A DNA stretch of 28,077 nt from Candidatus Heimdallarchaeota archaeon (GCA_021399345.1 JAAFKI010000001.1:1-28077), one strand, 5' to 3'; shown: positions 17,103-27,126, counted from the stretch's first letter. Notes: generated from the sequence alone by a model not told the origin. Translations and numbers: made by a program.

Positions 17103-18413
17103 TTAGTCTGAACTCTCTACGTCGACACAACCTTCTGGTGTTATTGCAAATACAGCTTCTGATTCTGGTAAATATGGTGAGTCATAAATTCTAATAATTC
17201 TTTTTTCACCTTTGGATTTTCTCAAATAGAATCTAGTTGTAGCCCAATGACCTAAGATATTTCCACCAATAGCTTGAGTTGGATCACCAAAAAAAGCAGC
17301 GGGATTCGACAGAACTTGGTTTGTGATGGCAACTGCTACATTGTAGGTATCTGCTAATCTTCCTAGTATCCCTAAATGATGGTTGATTGTTTGTTGTCTC
17401 TCTGCAAGGGTTCCTCTTCCTGCATATTCTGCTCTAAAATGAGCTGTGGCTGAATCAAGAACAACAATACCATATTCATCTTTGTGATTGTAAAACAATT
17501 CAAGTAATTTTTCTGCTAGAGACATTTGATGATCAGAATTATACGCCCTTGCATAAGTTATGTCTCTAAGAACATCCTCAAAATTCTTCTCCCAACCTAA
17601 ATCATTCTGCAGTTTAACATGAATTGCTTTAATTCTGCTAGGAGAAAATGTTCCCTCAGTATCTATAAACACAGCTTTCTTTCCAACTCCTCCTAATTCT
17701 GGTGGAAGTTGGGCAGTTACACAAAGTTGATGGCATATTTGTGATTTTCCAGAACGAAAAGGGCCAAAAAATTCTATAGTTTCTCCCAATCTTACTCCAG
17801 CAACATCTAGTTCCTCAATAGTAGTTAACGCGTCTAATGCTTTGATTCCATAAGAAAAAGCTGGAGATCCCTTCTGTTTTTCCATTATCTCAAAAGCGTT
17901 AATAAAATCAATTCCTCCACGTATCTCACTAAGAGCTTGTTTGTATTTTTTTGCAGCGCTTTCTGTAATTCCATACTTATCTTCTAATTCTCTTATTGGA
18001 GTTGTTTCAAGAAGATAGATATTTAGTCCCTTCTCTCTTAGCATATCTGCAGTAGTTTTTCCTACTCCAGGTAGATCTTCTAAACCGATTTCTTCTTTGA
18101 AAAACCTATACTTTTGTACTGCAGAAATTATTTCCCCCCTAATTTTCTTAGCAATAGCTCTTTGGACACCCATTGTCTGTAATTCAATAAGCCTTGTCGT
18201 CATTAATTTCTCAATAGTTGTGATTTCATTCTCAATTAATATGTCCAGGGTTTTCTTTCCTAAACCTGGAACATCCTTAAGTTTAAGTTTAACATCTACC
18301 TTTTTCTTCTTTGAGCTCTCTTGTTCTGTTATCTCAATTAAATGTTCTTCATATTTTTCCTCAATTTCCTTTGGGTCAGGTTTGGTGGTTTCTTCCTGTA
18401 TTTCTTTGCTCAT
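17103..18413 (-). CDS. radA: DNA repair/recombination protein RadA (or close paralog) with a duplicated N-terminal HhH domain
   Basis: Walker A GPFRSGKS, QLP..LGG, IDTEGTF.P.RI, VLDS, FRAEY.GRG.LAERQQ, TNQV, IGGNILGH, DSP.LPE.E.VF. Start taken at ATG 18413 (MSKE); the track's 18470 is an alternative. Confidence 0.92.
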   Translation of the reverse strand: MSKEIQEETTKPDPKEIEEKYEEHLIEITEQESSKKKKVDVKLKLKDVPGLGKKTLDILIENEITTIEKLMTTRLIELQTMGVQRAIAKKIRGEIISAVQKYRFFKEEIGLEDLPGVGKTTADMLREKGLNIYLLETTPIRELEDKYGITESAAKKYKQALSEIRGGIDFINAFEIMEKQKGSPAFSYGIKALDALTTIEELDVAGVRLGETIEFFGPFRSGKSQICHQLCVTAQLPPELGGVGKKAVFIDTEGTFSPSRIKAIHVKLQNDLGWEKNFEDVLRDITYARAYNSDHQMSLAEKLLELFYNHKDEYGIVVLDSATAHFRAEYAGRGTLAERQQTINHHLGILGRLADTYNVAVAITNQVLSNPAAFFGDPTQAIGGNILGHWATTRFYLRKSKGEKRIIRIYDSPYLPESEAVFAITPEGCVDVESSD

Positions 18414-18574
18414 ATTATGCACCACGGCTATTAATCCGAAGAGGTTAGAGTATTTAAAGATAATACTCATTCTACACTAATTATCCCTTAAATTTAACTT
18501 CTTCTAAGGGAGACTGTACTTTGAAAGTAATGAAATGGTGAAATGAAATAGTTTTTCATGGAAAAATTGTTTTT

Positions 18575-19084
18575 CTAGAATTCTATGCCTCTTCTTGCTT
18601 CGATATTCTTTGTATAAGGATGTTTAATTTCTTTAACTTCAATGATTGTATCAGCTTCTGATTTTAATCCTTCTGGAAATTTTCTTCCAGTTAAGATAAT
18701 CTCATCACTAACATAAGGAAAAATATCTTTCAATTGATTCCAAGAAATTAATCCAAATGAGAGAGCAATTCCAGCTTCATCCAAAAGAAGTATCTCAGCT
18801 TGAGCTATCTTCAGTTCTCTTTCTAGAACATTGATACCATTGTTTATCAAAGCTACATATTCATCTTTTTGATCCTTCGATTGATAAAAACCATCTTTCC
18901 CAAACGTAAACCACCTTATATCATCCTCATCCTTAAAAAAATTACATTCTCCACAGTTTTTACCAGTTTTTAGGAATTGAGCTACTAATATCGATTTTCC
19001 TTCTCTTTGCTTTTGGAAAATATAACCTATACTTGTTGTTGTTTTTCCTTTTCCTTCTCCCACTATGAAGGTAATCTTAACCAT
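18575..19084 (-). CDS. cobA: Cob(I)alamin/corrinoid adenosyltransferase (CobA/BtuR/CobO type)
   Basis: GEGKGKTT, QFLK, LDE, ILTGR, KHPY...ARRGIEF. Confidence 0.9.
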   Translation of the reverse strand: MVKITFIVGEGKGKTTTSIGYIFQKQREGKSILVAQFLKTGKNCGECNFFKDEDDIRWFTFGKDGFYQSKDQKDEYVALINNGINVLERELKIAQAEILLLDEAGIALSFGLISWNQLKDIFPYVSDEIILTGRKFPEGLKSEADTIIEVKEIKHPYTKNIEARRGIEF

Positions 19085-19186
19085 TATCTGAAAAATAGAT
19101 TTATCTCTTTTAAATATTGACTAAAAGAGTCACTGTAATCTAAATTAAAACATATTTAGATATACTGTCTTGGAAAGTTCATAGAC

Positions 19187-19651
19187 TCAGATTTGCATTT
19201 CTTCTTGTTCAAGATTGGTTTCGTTGTTTTTACGTTTCTTTTCTTCTTCTTCCCTTATTTGTCTGTTCTTTTCTTCTTCTAAATGCTTTAACCCTTTGTC
19301 TTTCAATTTTCCAGTTCCACTACAAACTGGACAAACATCTTTTCTAGCTTCTTTTTTTGGTCCAGCATCTACATATCCTGTTCCATAACAATAAGGGCAA
19401 TTTGTCCCTATAACCTTAGCACCCGATCTTGCATAAATATATGATAATAGTAAAAATAAAGCACCTAATCCAGCAGTGATGAAACCAGCTATTTCTAGTC
19501 CTCTTGCATCAATTCCGCTCTCCTCAAAAACAGCAACAGCTTTGTCATACATATATAATCCAATAATAAGCAGAATTCCACCAAATAGAAAGATGGAATA
19601 CTGGATAACATAGATTCTTATATTCGAAACTCTTCTTTTCCCTTTCATCAT
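19187..19651 (-). CDS. Two-TM membrane protein with a cytoplasmic CxxCxGxG (DnaJ-type) zinc-binding module
   Basis: Two hydrophobic helices, CPYCYGTG and CPVCSGTG, charged tail. Confidence 0.78.
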   Translation of the reverse strand: MMKGKRRVSNIRIYVIQYSIFLFGGILLIIGLYMYDKAVAVFEESGIDARGLEIAGFITAGLGALFLLLSYIYARSGAKVIGTNCPYCYGTGYVDAGPKKEARKDVCPVCSGTGKLKDKGLKHLEEEKNRQIREEEEKKRKNNETNLEQEEMQI

Positions 19652-19743
19652 TGTTTGATTATTTGTTTAAACGCTGAAAAATTTTGTGCTTTCGAAGAGA
19701 ATGAATAAAGAAGAAAATTACCAGAATGTCTATCCGGTTTCTC

Positions 19744-20295
19744 TTATCTCCCTGCTCGTTTCAAAGTTTCATTTTTTATTGCATTTCCTAGAAGAGCTTT
19801 AACTAATTCTCCTACTCCAGCTCCAGTTAATGCAGATGTTTCAAGATATCTACAACCTAGTTTTCTAGATATTCTTTCTGCATCCCCTCTTAAAACTTCA
19901 CGTTTTGCATCAGTTTTATTACCAACAATTGTAATATCCAAATCAAGGTTTTGATTTCTAAGTTCTCTAATCCAATTTGCACACTCTTTGAATGATTCTC
20001 TCCTAGATACATCAAAAATGATTGCTGCAGCATTGGTTCCTGAATAAAGGAGGTTCCTAACTACTCCAAATCTTTTTTGTCCTGCCATATCGTAAAACAG
20101 TGCTACCGCTTTTCCTTTGCCAGTTTTAAATGAATAAGTGTGGAATTCAGCCCCTACAGTTGGCTTATAATGTTTTAGAAAAATATTTTCTGTTATCCTT
20201 TTGCAAATTGTTGTTTTTCCCGATCTACCGGGCCCACATATTGCTAATTTGTATATATCGTAATCTCTAAATTTAACTTCCACTTTAGAATTCAT
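19744..20295 (-). CDS. Ras-superfamily small GTPase, Rab-like
   Basis: G1 GPGRSGKT, G2 YKPTVGAEF, G3 DMAGQ, G4 NKTD, G5 ETSA. Confidence 0.93.
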   Translation of the reverse strand: MNSKVEVKFRDYDIYKLAICGPGRSGKTTICKRITENIFLKHYKPTVGAEFHTYSFKTGKGKAVALFYDMAGQKRFGVVRNLLYSGTNAAAIIFDVSRRESFKECANWIRELRNQNLDLDITIVGNKTDAKREVLRGDAERISRKLGCRYLETSALTGAGVGELVKALLGNAIKNETLKRAGR

Positions 20296-20458
20296 ACAGT
20301 TAGCACCAAGGTAAACCTCTGAGAAATTAATAAAAGACGATGTAATACTAAGCGGTTACTTGAAACCATATGTTAATACGGGTGCTAGAATATAATTATG
20401 CTTCACCAACCATATTTCTTGCTGAATTCTTAAATAATGAAACTGAGTAAGTTGATGT

Positions 20459-21319
20459 ATGAGTTTTGAGTTCAAGAAAATTGCAGTAGTTGGTTCGGGA
20501 ACAATGGGTAGCGGTATTGCAATGGTTTTAGCACAAGCTGGAATTAACGTTAGTCTCCATGATGTAGGTGAAGAATATCTAGAAAAAGGAAAGGAACAAA
20601 TAGATAAATTTCTCAAGGGAAGTATGAAGAGGGGGAAAATAACAGAGGAAGAAGCCAATCAGATAAAAAGTAGAATTTCCTTCAATGTTGATTTAGTAGC
20701 ATCTACAGAAGATGTTCAATTAGTAATCGAAGCAATTGTTGAAGAATCTAAAGCAAAGAAAAAATTGTTTACAGAGCTTGATGAAATATGTGAAAAAGAT
20801 GTCATTTTTGCAAGTAACACTTCTGCAATCAGCATAACTGATCTTGCAGTGGTAACAAATAGACAAGAACTTTTTTTGGGACTTCATTTCTTCAATCCAC
20901 CATCGTTGATGAAATTAGTTGAAGTAATTAGAGGAAATAAAACAAATGATGAAACTGTTAGTAAAATAATGTCTCTCTGTCAGAAGCTGGGTAAAACACC
21001 AGTACCTTCAAACGAAGCTCCTGGTTTCATAGTTAATAGATTGCTTTGGGTTTTCTTGAATGAATCCTATAAACTAATAGAAACAAACGTTGCGGAAAAA
21101 GAAGATATAGACACTGCAGTAAAACTTGGACTTAATCATCCAATGGGACCGTTTGAACTTTCAGATTACATAGGTTTGGATATTATGCTAGATATTGGAA
21201 GTTACATAGCAACTAAGTATGGTGAAATGTATAAACCAGCTCCACTTCTAAAGAAAATGGTTGAAAAGGGTAAATTGGGTAGAAAATCTGGCGAGGGTTT
21301 CTACAAATATTCTTCATAG
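20459..21319 (+). CDS. hbd: 3-hydroxybutyryl-CoA / 3-hydroxyacyl-CoA dehydrogenase
   Basis: GSGTMGSGIA, EAIVE, ASNTS, GLHFFNP, GFIVNR, HPMGPFEL.D.IGLD, LGRKSGEGFY. Confidence 0.93.
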   Translation: MSFEFKKIAVVGSGTMGSGIAMVLAQAGINVSLHDVGEEYLEKGKEQIDKFLKGSMKRGKITEEEANQIKSRISFNVDLVASTEDVQLVIEAIVEESKAKKKLFTELDEICEKDVIFASNTSAISITDLAVVTNRQELFLGLHFFNPPSLMKLVEVIRGNKTNDETVSKIMSLCQKLGKTPVPSNEAPGFIVNRLLWVFLNESYKLIETNVAEKEDIDTAVKLGLNHPMGPFELSDYIGLDIMLDIGSYIATKYGEMYKPAPLLKKMVEKGKLGRKSGEGFYKYSS

Positions 21320-21351
21320 AATTGATAAGAATAAAGTAAGGAGTTAATCAG

Positions 21352-22035
21352 TTATCTCCTTCTAAAATACAATAGAAATGCAGATAATCCTGCAATTACA
21401 GCTGGCACTAAAGCAAAAATAACCCATGCCCATGCTGCGGATATTGATTTACCCAAATTCCATTGTGGTAAGATAGTGTTTATTGGTGAATCCGCAGATA
21501 TGAAGCTAACAAGTATTCTATTTTGACTATGTATCTCTTGAAGATCCCCCCAATTATCATAGTATGTTAGATCTGCAAAAGGAATAGAAATTTTTATTAC
21601 ACTATCTGATGTCAAATTATAATAAAATATCATACTTGTACTCGGTTCAAGTTGAGTAATATTGAACTCCAAATAATCTTCAGTCATAAATCCATAGGTG
21701 ATATTTACCGATGTGAAATCATATTCTAAAGGAGTTTGTATTGTTGAATTAAGAGTTACATTACCATTTATTAGCTGGCCAAGTAAACTTGAATTAAAAG
21801 TCAATGGAGATGTGTCAGTAAAATTCAATGAAACGGTTATATTTGTAATTGTATAATTGAAGTAGTTTTTAATAAAAATACCAACCTCCAAATTAGTGCG
21901 TTCTATAGCTGTTGCATTTACAACAACTTGGTCAAATACCAATTCCTGTTCAGGTATATAACTAGTTGTAAAATGAGCAAAGAGTAATGATGAAGCAAGA
22001 ATGGTTACAAAGAGAATTTTACTTTTCATTTTCAT
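21352..22035 (-). CDS. Secreted, C-terminally membrane-anchored cell-surface glycoprotein
   Basis: Signal-peptide-like N-terminus, about 10 N-x-S/T sequons, C-terminal TM helix followed by RRR. Confidence 0.78.
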   Translation of the reverse strand: MKMKSKILFVTILASSLLFAHFTTSYIPEQELVFDQVVVNATAIERTNLEVGIFIKNYFNYTITNITVSLNFTDTSPLTFNSSLLGQLINGNVTLNSTIQTPLEYDFTSVNITYGFMTEDYLEFNITQLEPSTSMIFYYNLTSDSVIKISIPFADLTYYDNWGDLQEIHSQNRILVSFISADSPINTILPQWNLGKSISAAWAWVIFALVPAVIAGLSAFLLYFRRR

Positions 22036-22109
22036 TGATTTGACTCCTTCAAAGCATAAAAAGTAGGAATGTTTTTAACTTTAACTCTTGCTGTTAGTAA
22101 ACTACAAGC

Positions 22110-22850
22110 TTACATCAAATTAAGGGTACTTTGAAAAGCTCTAACTATATCTATATTTTCAATTACTGATGATTTTGCTACTATTTCAGGAAGTTGAAGA
22201 TTAATCCAGTTCATAGCATCTTCCATTTTTTTCCGCATACTTGGGTCTGTTATTCTAAATATATCGACAAGTGTATCAAAATTAACATTAGAGTTAGTTT
22301 CGAGTGCTTCTAACCAATTTCGTAGTGTAACAATTCTTTGAGAGGGTAGAATGAACTCAACACTGTTATTGATTCGATTTGTTACTACAACTCCTTTAAT
22401 TTTTACGGGCATAAGTGAAATAAATTGACCCCCTAATTGTGATCGAAAAAGCAAGGAAAGTATCTTTGTTTTGTCATTTATTCGCAATTTAGAGTATAAA
22501 TGTTCATAATCTACCAGAGTTGTACCAAAGAAGATTTTGGTATCTCCATGTTTAATATTCAAAACTGATTTCGATTCTAGAACTGTATTAAGATTATTTG
22601 TTTTGAATCTAATTGAAATGATTCGTGGTAAATCTTGAGTTAATTTATCTAGAACTTTGTCAATATCACCTTCGATAACTAAATCATCACCTGATCTTGA
22701 GAAACGAGGATCAAACAAGCGTTTTATTGTTACGGGTTCCTCCTCAAGAGCTGAATACAAATCATTCAAGCTCTCAATGTTGAGGGATTTTTGTGATATT
22801 CTAATCATTGTAGCTTCAGGCAGTGAAAACACCCCATTTAACCAAACCAA
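22110..22850 (-). CDS. Hypothetical protein, overlapping and probably co-transcribed with polB
   Basis: 246-aa ORF on the same strand directly after the polB stop; start uncertain. Confidence 0.65.
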   Translation of the reverse strand: MVWLNGVFSLPEATMIRISQKSLNIESLNDLYSALEEEPVTIKRLFDPRFSRSGDDLVIEGDIDKVLDKLTQDLPRIISIRFKTNNLNTVLESKSVLNIKHGDTKIFFGTTLVDYEHLYSKLRINDKTKILSLLFRSQLGGQFISLMPVKIKGVVVTNRINNSVEFILPSQRIVTLRNWLEALETNSNVNFDTLVDIFRITDPSMRKKMEDAMNWINLQLPEIVAKSSVIENIDIVRAFQSTLNLM

Positions 22851-25800
22851 GAATCAAGGGATTTTTGCCCTTCAATTGATTCTTCCCAGGATATACCTAT
22901 GGCATCCAGTAGCTGTATTAATGTAGATTTAAGTAGTTCTTTAACTTTAGGTATATCTACATCTGATTTTTCAGCTAATTGGATTGGTTTTACAGAACAT
23001 TCTTTGCTTCGGCTAATTTTATCTGAAAGTTTAATGGATTGAGCTTGTATCTTAAATGGTTTAGTTTTGATAAAACTAATCAAAGTTCCTACGGTTGGCT
23101 TTTCACCATCAGGAAATGCTAACATAAGTTGAATTGCAGCTTGTAATGGTTGAGTCCAACTATCATATTGCTCAATTTTCTTAGATAGAGTTACACGAAT
23201 TGCTAAATCTTCAAGTTCAAAATTCCTTTTAGATATCTTTTGGTTAACAGCTTGTATTATTCTTATTATCTTCTTCTTAGTTTCTTCTAATTCTTCCGGT
23301 GTTTGAACATCTGTTAAAATTTCTAAAGCTCTTTCAAATGGTCTTTTTGCTAAATTTGGAGTATTTTTTTTCCTGCCCATCAAACCCTTGACTATTGGAT
23401 ATCCTTTAGTTGTGATTCCAAAGTAGTTTTTCTTTCTATCTGAAAGTCCACAATAACGGAATACATAATCCGTTCCTAGTTCTATCTGAAAGGTTTCCAT
23501 GCTCCATTTTTCCAATTCTTCGATATTTTCAGGGGTTGGTTTGTGTATGAAAATACTATCTGTATCCCCATATAGAACTTGCAATCCTAATTTCTCTTCA
23601 CTATATTTCTTTGTTTTAGAAATTGCTTCTCGAGCAAGGGCCGCTGTTGACTCTGCCACAGGAGGACAATACAAAGCAAAATTATCTGAACCAAAAACAC
23701 CATATGAGGCGTTAAGTAGTACTTTTAGAGAAGATTGTATAACATCACTAAGTTTTCTTTCTTCTTCGCTTAACGATGGATCTTTAGCTCTGTCTTTGAA
23801 CCAGTAAACCCTGATATCCCTTATGAATCCAATTAGCATGGAACTCATACCCACATGCTTTTCACATATCCAGTGACTGGTTTCTGGTATCTTGTTCTTC
23901 TTGCACTCAACATGATTACAATTCAGAGTTTCATATGATAGATTTCTAGTTTTTATGATAGAAGGATAAAGACTATTACCTGATACAGCTGGTTTTCCAT
24001 TTCGTCTAACTATTACTGTTCCATTAGTATTGGATACACACCACACTTTTCCAGTGTGCTTCTCTTTCTCGATATAGTTATGTTGATTGTTGAAGACATT
24101 TTTTCTTGTATAACTGATGAAACACCGGTAGCTAACATGGTTTTTATATTCAATTCCATTAACAATACAGTCCCGTACTTCCTTCGAAATTGAACACCCA
24201 TAACCTAATCTTAATGTTAGCTCTTGGAAATCATTTGCAAACTCCTCATTTGTAGAACTAATAGAATAACACTTGCCATCCAACCAACTTCCATCACCTA
24301 AGAGCATTGTATCAAACATTAATTTCAAGTGTTCTTTATTGAACCCAAGCAGTCTTCTAGGGATTCTTTTATTGAACTTTTTACCCGATTGTATTAATCC
24401 TCTTTCGCTACTTAACCATTCTTTAAATTTCCTAGTAAAATCAGCGTTATTGATTTGAAAGTTTCTATGCTTTCTTCCCTGTTTTGTATATTCATTTTCT
24501 TTAAATCCTAGATTAAGCTTCTCAAGGGAATCTCTTATGTTTTGAAAATTTGCTTCTTTTGATTGATGAATTATAACACTTCTTTCACCTAGAGAACCAT
24601 CAGTTAAGAACCAACCTAGAAACGGTAAGAAATCAGCAGGAGTAAATGAATATTCATCAAATGTAATATTTTCAGATTCACCTGACCACAAACCGAAATG
24701 GGGGATTCTGAACCAACTACGTTTGCTTAATTCTTCAGCGTCCAAAATTTCTATATCGTCTTTCCAAGTTGTTTTATTTCTGTTATTGGTTCTGCTATTG
24801 AAAACCATTCTGTGGTTAGGTGTGACTAGAAGATCAATGGAGTTCTTATTTTTGAAACTGTACATCTCTCCATCAAAATCATATTCATATATTTCGTCAC
24901 AATCAAGATACTCTATTTGATTAGAGGAAGCATTTACTGTTGCTAATTTAGTTTCTTGTTTCTTCTCCTTTAACCTGCTTAGCTTAAACCACCCACTATC
25001 CGTTAGAATTTCTGTGTCTTCTGAAAAACAAGCAAAATCCAATACATGAACATCCCACCATACACCAACTTGTGGATCTATTACAATGGCTCCTTGATAC
25101 TTCTTTCCTTTAATGATGGCTTCAGTTGATGTACCTCCCTTTAATTGAAGAATATCCTCTCTCCTAGGGATTAAATAATTTCGGAGTCTGTGTTCAAAAT
25201 ACATCCAATTCTGGATCCATATACTAATACTTGCTCGAGTAAAATCATCTATTGGCATTTTTGTAATTCGAGAAAGCATTACTATTAAGTTAATTACTTG
25301 ATCATTATTGAAGCTGGTTAATTCAAAGGTTATTTCAGAATCTCTTCCATTGTATTCGATAAGTTCCTCCAAATCCAAGTCCCAAATATCCTTTTCAAGT
25401 TTAAGTTTCTCCTTGCCTAGAATTGTTTTTCCAAGTTCATCAAGGGTTATTCTATCGTAAACACCTCCAAATGCGTAAATTCGAATGGCGGGTTGTCTAA
25501 AAAATCTGTATAAATCGAGATGTATCGAGTTGGAAAGGTAAACGTCCTGAGATCTTGTTCGTATAAATGGATTCAACTCTTCATCAATTTCAAGTTTTTT
25601 CGCTCTATTATCTAAATACAAGAAATCAAAACTATCACCATTAAATGTAATAACAATAGGATATTTGCTCATTTCATCAAAAACAGCTAAAAGCAACTCT
25701 TTCTCATCATCAAACTCTTTAACCTTTATTGAAATTTTACTTTGATCTATGTGTTTTTTTTCTTCATTAAGCACAAAAACAGTAGTCTCTCTTTCTTCAT

Positions 25801-26728
25801 TTGTTAAGCCTATTGAGATTACTTTCTGTATGGCCGCATGAGGATCGGGAAATTTGTTTTTTTCACTCTCAACTTCTATATCCACTGAACACCTGCTAAT
25901 TTTAGGAATAGGAGCAAAGAATATGGGCAGATACTGCTCTACTAATTGCAAAATTTCATGAGATTGTCCTTTAAAAATATCAAGTAAGTTATCTTTAGCT
26001 TCGTTTGATATTTTAGGTTCCACTCTTTGCAGTTTGTTGTTTTTAACTTCATAGAACAATCCTGGAACTAGTCCATTGTCATAGATATAATTTAAATGAT
26101 ATCTAATGTTGGCTTCAAAAGAGGGACTGATTTTTTCCCTATAACTATTATCTCTCCCCCCAATTACTAGCGGATTTGTTGCAATTACCTTTGTTAGAGT
26201 TAATTCTTTTTCATTAAGTAGACTGTATTTCTTAATAACCTCACAACCGATAAACTCTTTTTCATTTGCAAGTTTTTTTTCTACTTCAGCTTTACTTACT
26301 GTAGTGAGCAAATATGGCAGGTGATTTGTTGTATCATACCATCTGAAAACTTTACCTTGTTCTGGGTTGAACAGTTTTACATATGCCTTCTCTTTTTTAC
26401 CATCATATTTTACATCAATAAGATAGGAAGAGGATAGATTTTCGGGAGCAAGATGAACATAACTACCTCCCTTTTCTCCAAAGGATTTCCCCTTCGAGTT
26501 ATTGGTTGTTTTTTTATTTGTGTTCAGAGAAGCTACTTTAGTTGAAGTTGATTTTTTATTGTCTTTTATGCTAATCTGTGAACTCGAATCTCCTTCTTTC
26601 TCTTTATCTGAATCTGCTTTATTTGAATCTTGAATAAAACTCATTAGACTTTTATGAGAATTATTATTATCATTTTTCACGATAGATCTACCCACTTTTC
26701 CATTTTGATGTTCATCTCTAAATTGCAC
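22838..26728 (-). CDS. polB: Family B DNA polymerase (PolB1-type) containing an intein
   Basis: Exo DIE and FNGDSFDF; Pol DFA/SLYPSII, KVLLNASYGVFG, YGDTDS, KKNY; C-terminal PIP box QKSLDSWF. The N-terminal YDGKKEKAYVKLF...YDTTNHLPY and HWIC...IRDIRV segments resemble crenarchaeal Dpo1/PolB1. Start codon uncertain. Confidence 0.95.
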   Translation of the reverse strand: MQFRDEHQNGKVGRSIVKNDNNNSHKSLMSFIQDSNKADSDKEKEGDSSSQISIKDNKKSTSTKVASLNTNKKTTNNSKGKSFGEKGGSYVHLAPENLSSSYLIDVKYDGKKEKAYVKLFNPEQGKVFRWYDTTNHLPYLLTTVSKAEVEKKLANEKEFIGCEVIKKYSLLNEKELTLTKVIATNPLVIGGRDNSYREKISPSFEANIRYHLNYIYDNGLVPGLFYEVKNNKLQRVEPKISNEAKDNLLDIFKGQSHEILQLVEQYLPIFFAPIPKISRCSVDIEVESEKNKFPDPHAAIQKVISIGLTNEERETTVFVLNEEKKHIDQSKISIKVKEFDDEKELLLAVFDEMSKYPIVITFNGDSFDFLYLDNRAKKLEIDEELNPFIRTRSQDVYLSNSIHLDLYRFFRQPAIRIYAFGGVYDRITLDELGKTILGKEKLKLEKDIWDLDLEELIEYNGRDSEITFELTSFNNDQVINLIVMLSRITKMPIDDFTRASISIWIQNWMYFEHRLRNYLIPRREDILQLKGGTSTEAIIKGKKYQGAIVIDPQVGVWWDVHVLDFACFSEDTEILTDSGWFKLSRLKEKKQETKLATVNASSNQIEYLDCDEIYEYDFDGEMYSFKNKNSIDLLVTPNHRMVFNSRTNNRNKTTWKDDIEILDAEELSKRSWFRIPHFGLWSGESENITFDEYSFTPADFLPFLGWFLTDGSLGERSVIIHQSKEANFQNIRDSLEKLNLGFKENEYTKQGRKHRNFQINNADFTRKFKEWLSSERGLIQSGKKFNKRIPRRLLGFNKEHLKLMFDTMLLGDGSWLDGKCYSISSTNEEFANDFQELTLRLGYGCSISKEVRDCIVNGIEYKNHVSYRCFISYTRKNVFNNQHNYIEKEKHTGKVWCVSNTNGTVIVRRNGKPAVSGNSLYPSIIKTRNLSYETLNCNHVECKKNKIPETSHWICEKHVGMSSMLIGFIRDIRVYWFKDRAKDPSLSEEERKLSDVIQSSLKVLLNASYGVFGSDNFALYCPPVAESTAALAREAISKTKKYSEEKLGLQVLYGDTDSIFIHKPTPENIEELEKWSMETFQIELGTDYVFRYCGLSDRKKNYFGITTKGYPIVKGLMGRKKNTPNLAKRPFERALEILTDVQTPEELEETKKKIIRIIQAVNQKISKRNFELEDLAIRVTLSKKIEQYDSWTQPLQAAIQLMLAFPDGEKPTVGTLISFIKTKPFKIQAQSIKLSDKISRSKECSVKPIQLAEKSDVDIPKVKELLKSTLIQLLDAIGISWEESIEGQKSLDSWFG
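23975..25030 (-). mobile_element. 352-aa intein with LAGLIDADG homing endonuclease in polymerase motif A
   Basis: Splits DFA|SLYP. Begins CFSEDTEIL, block B LLVTPNHRM, LAGLIDADG-like LGWFLTDGS and MLLGDGS, block F VWCVS, ends VSGN followed by Ser(+1). Confidence 0.95.
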
Positions 26729-26847
26729 ACGCTAGTTTTATTGTTAGTTAAAGATATCAAATATATATTTTGACCATTATTGGTATTAAAACCAATTTAC
26801 ATAATCCAATTTATAAATATGATTTTGTCCTCTAATATTTTATTGGG

Positions 26848-26860
26848 TTTAAATATAAAA
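26848..26860 (+). promoter_or_regulatory. TATA-like element upstream of the 26.88-27.13 kb unit
   Basis: TTTAAATATAAAA lies ~25 nt upstream of where the GC-richer structured segment begins. Confidence 0.35.
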
Positions 26861-26877
26861 ATCAAGTGCAATTTATG

Positions 26878-27126
26878 GGAAAAAAGCTGATAGCTTATGT
26901 AAACTTCGGGACCACCTCCCACCATGGACTGTGGTCAAGATACAAGGGCATAGGAAACCCTCCTTATATTCAATCTATAAAAGGGAAAGAACAAGCGATT
27001 CGAAAGCACTCTCTGAGTGTGAACGGGGTAGGAGGATACGTGATTTATCCTTTAGAACAAGTAAGAGCTGGAATCAGGTCATCTTTCAGTTCTTATAATG
27101 ATTTCTATAAAAGCACCTTAAACTGA
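26878..27126 (+). ncRNA. Candidate structured ncRNA (alternatively an 83-86-aa hypothetical CDS)
   Basis: A series of hairpins, several with G-U pairs that favour the + strand (see finding). No known family recognised. Confidence 0.35.

Noticed and set aside
15815-24920. Short antisense or overlapping ORFs (15815, 16120, 18097, 20356, 22657, 23499, 24013, 24273, 24723)
   Set aside because: Shadows of longer, better-supported CDSs.
26878-27126. Definite RNase P or SRP RNA call
   Set aside because: Only partial look-alikes (AGGAAACCCTCC, TCAGGTC) without the full conserved elements; kept as an unnamed candidate.
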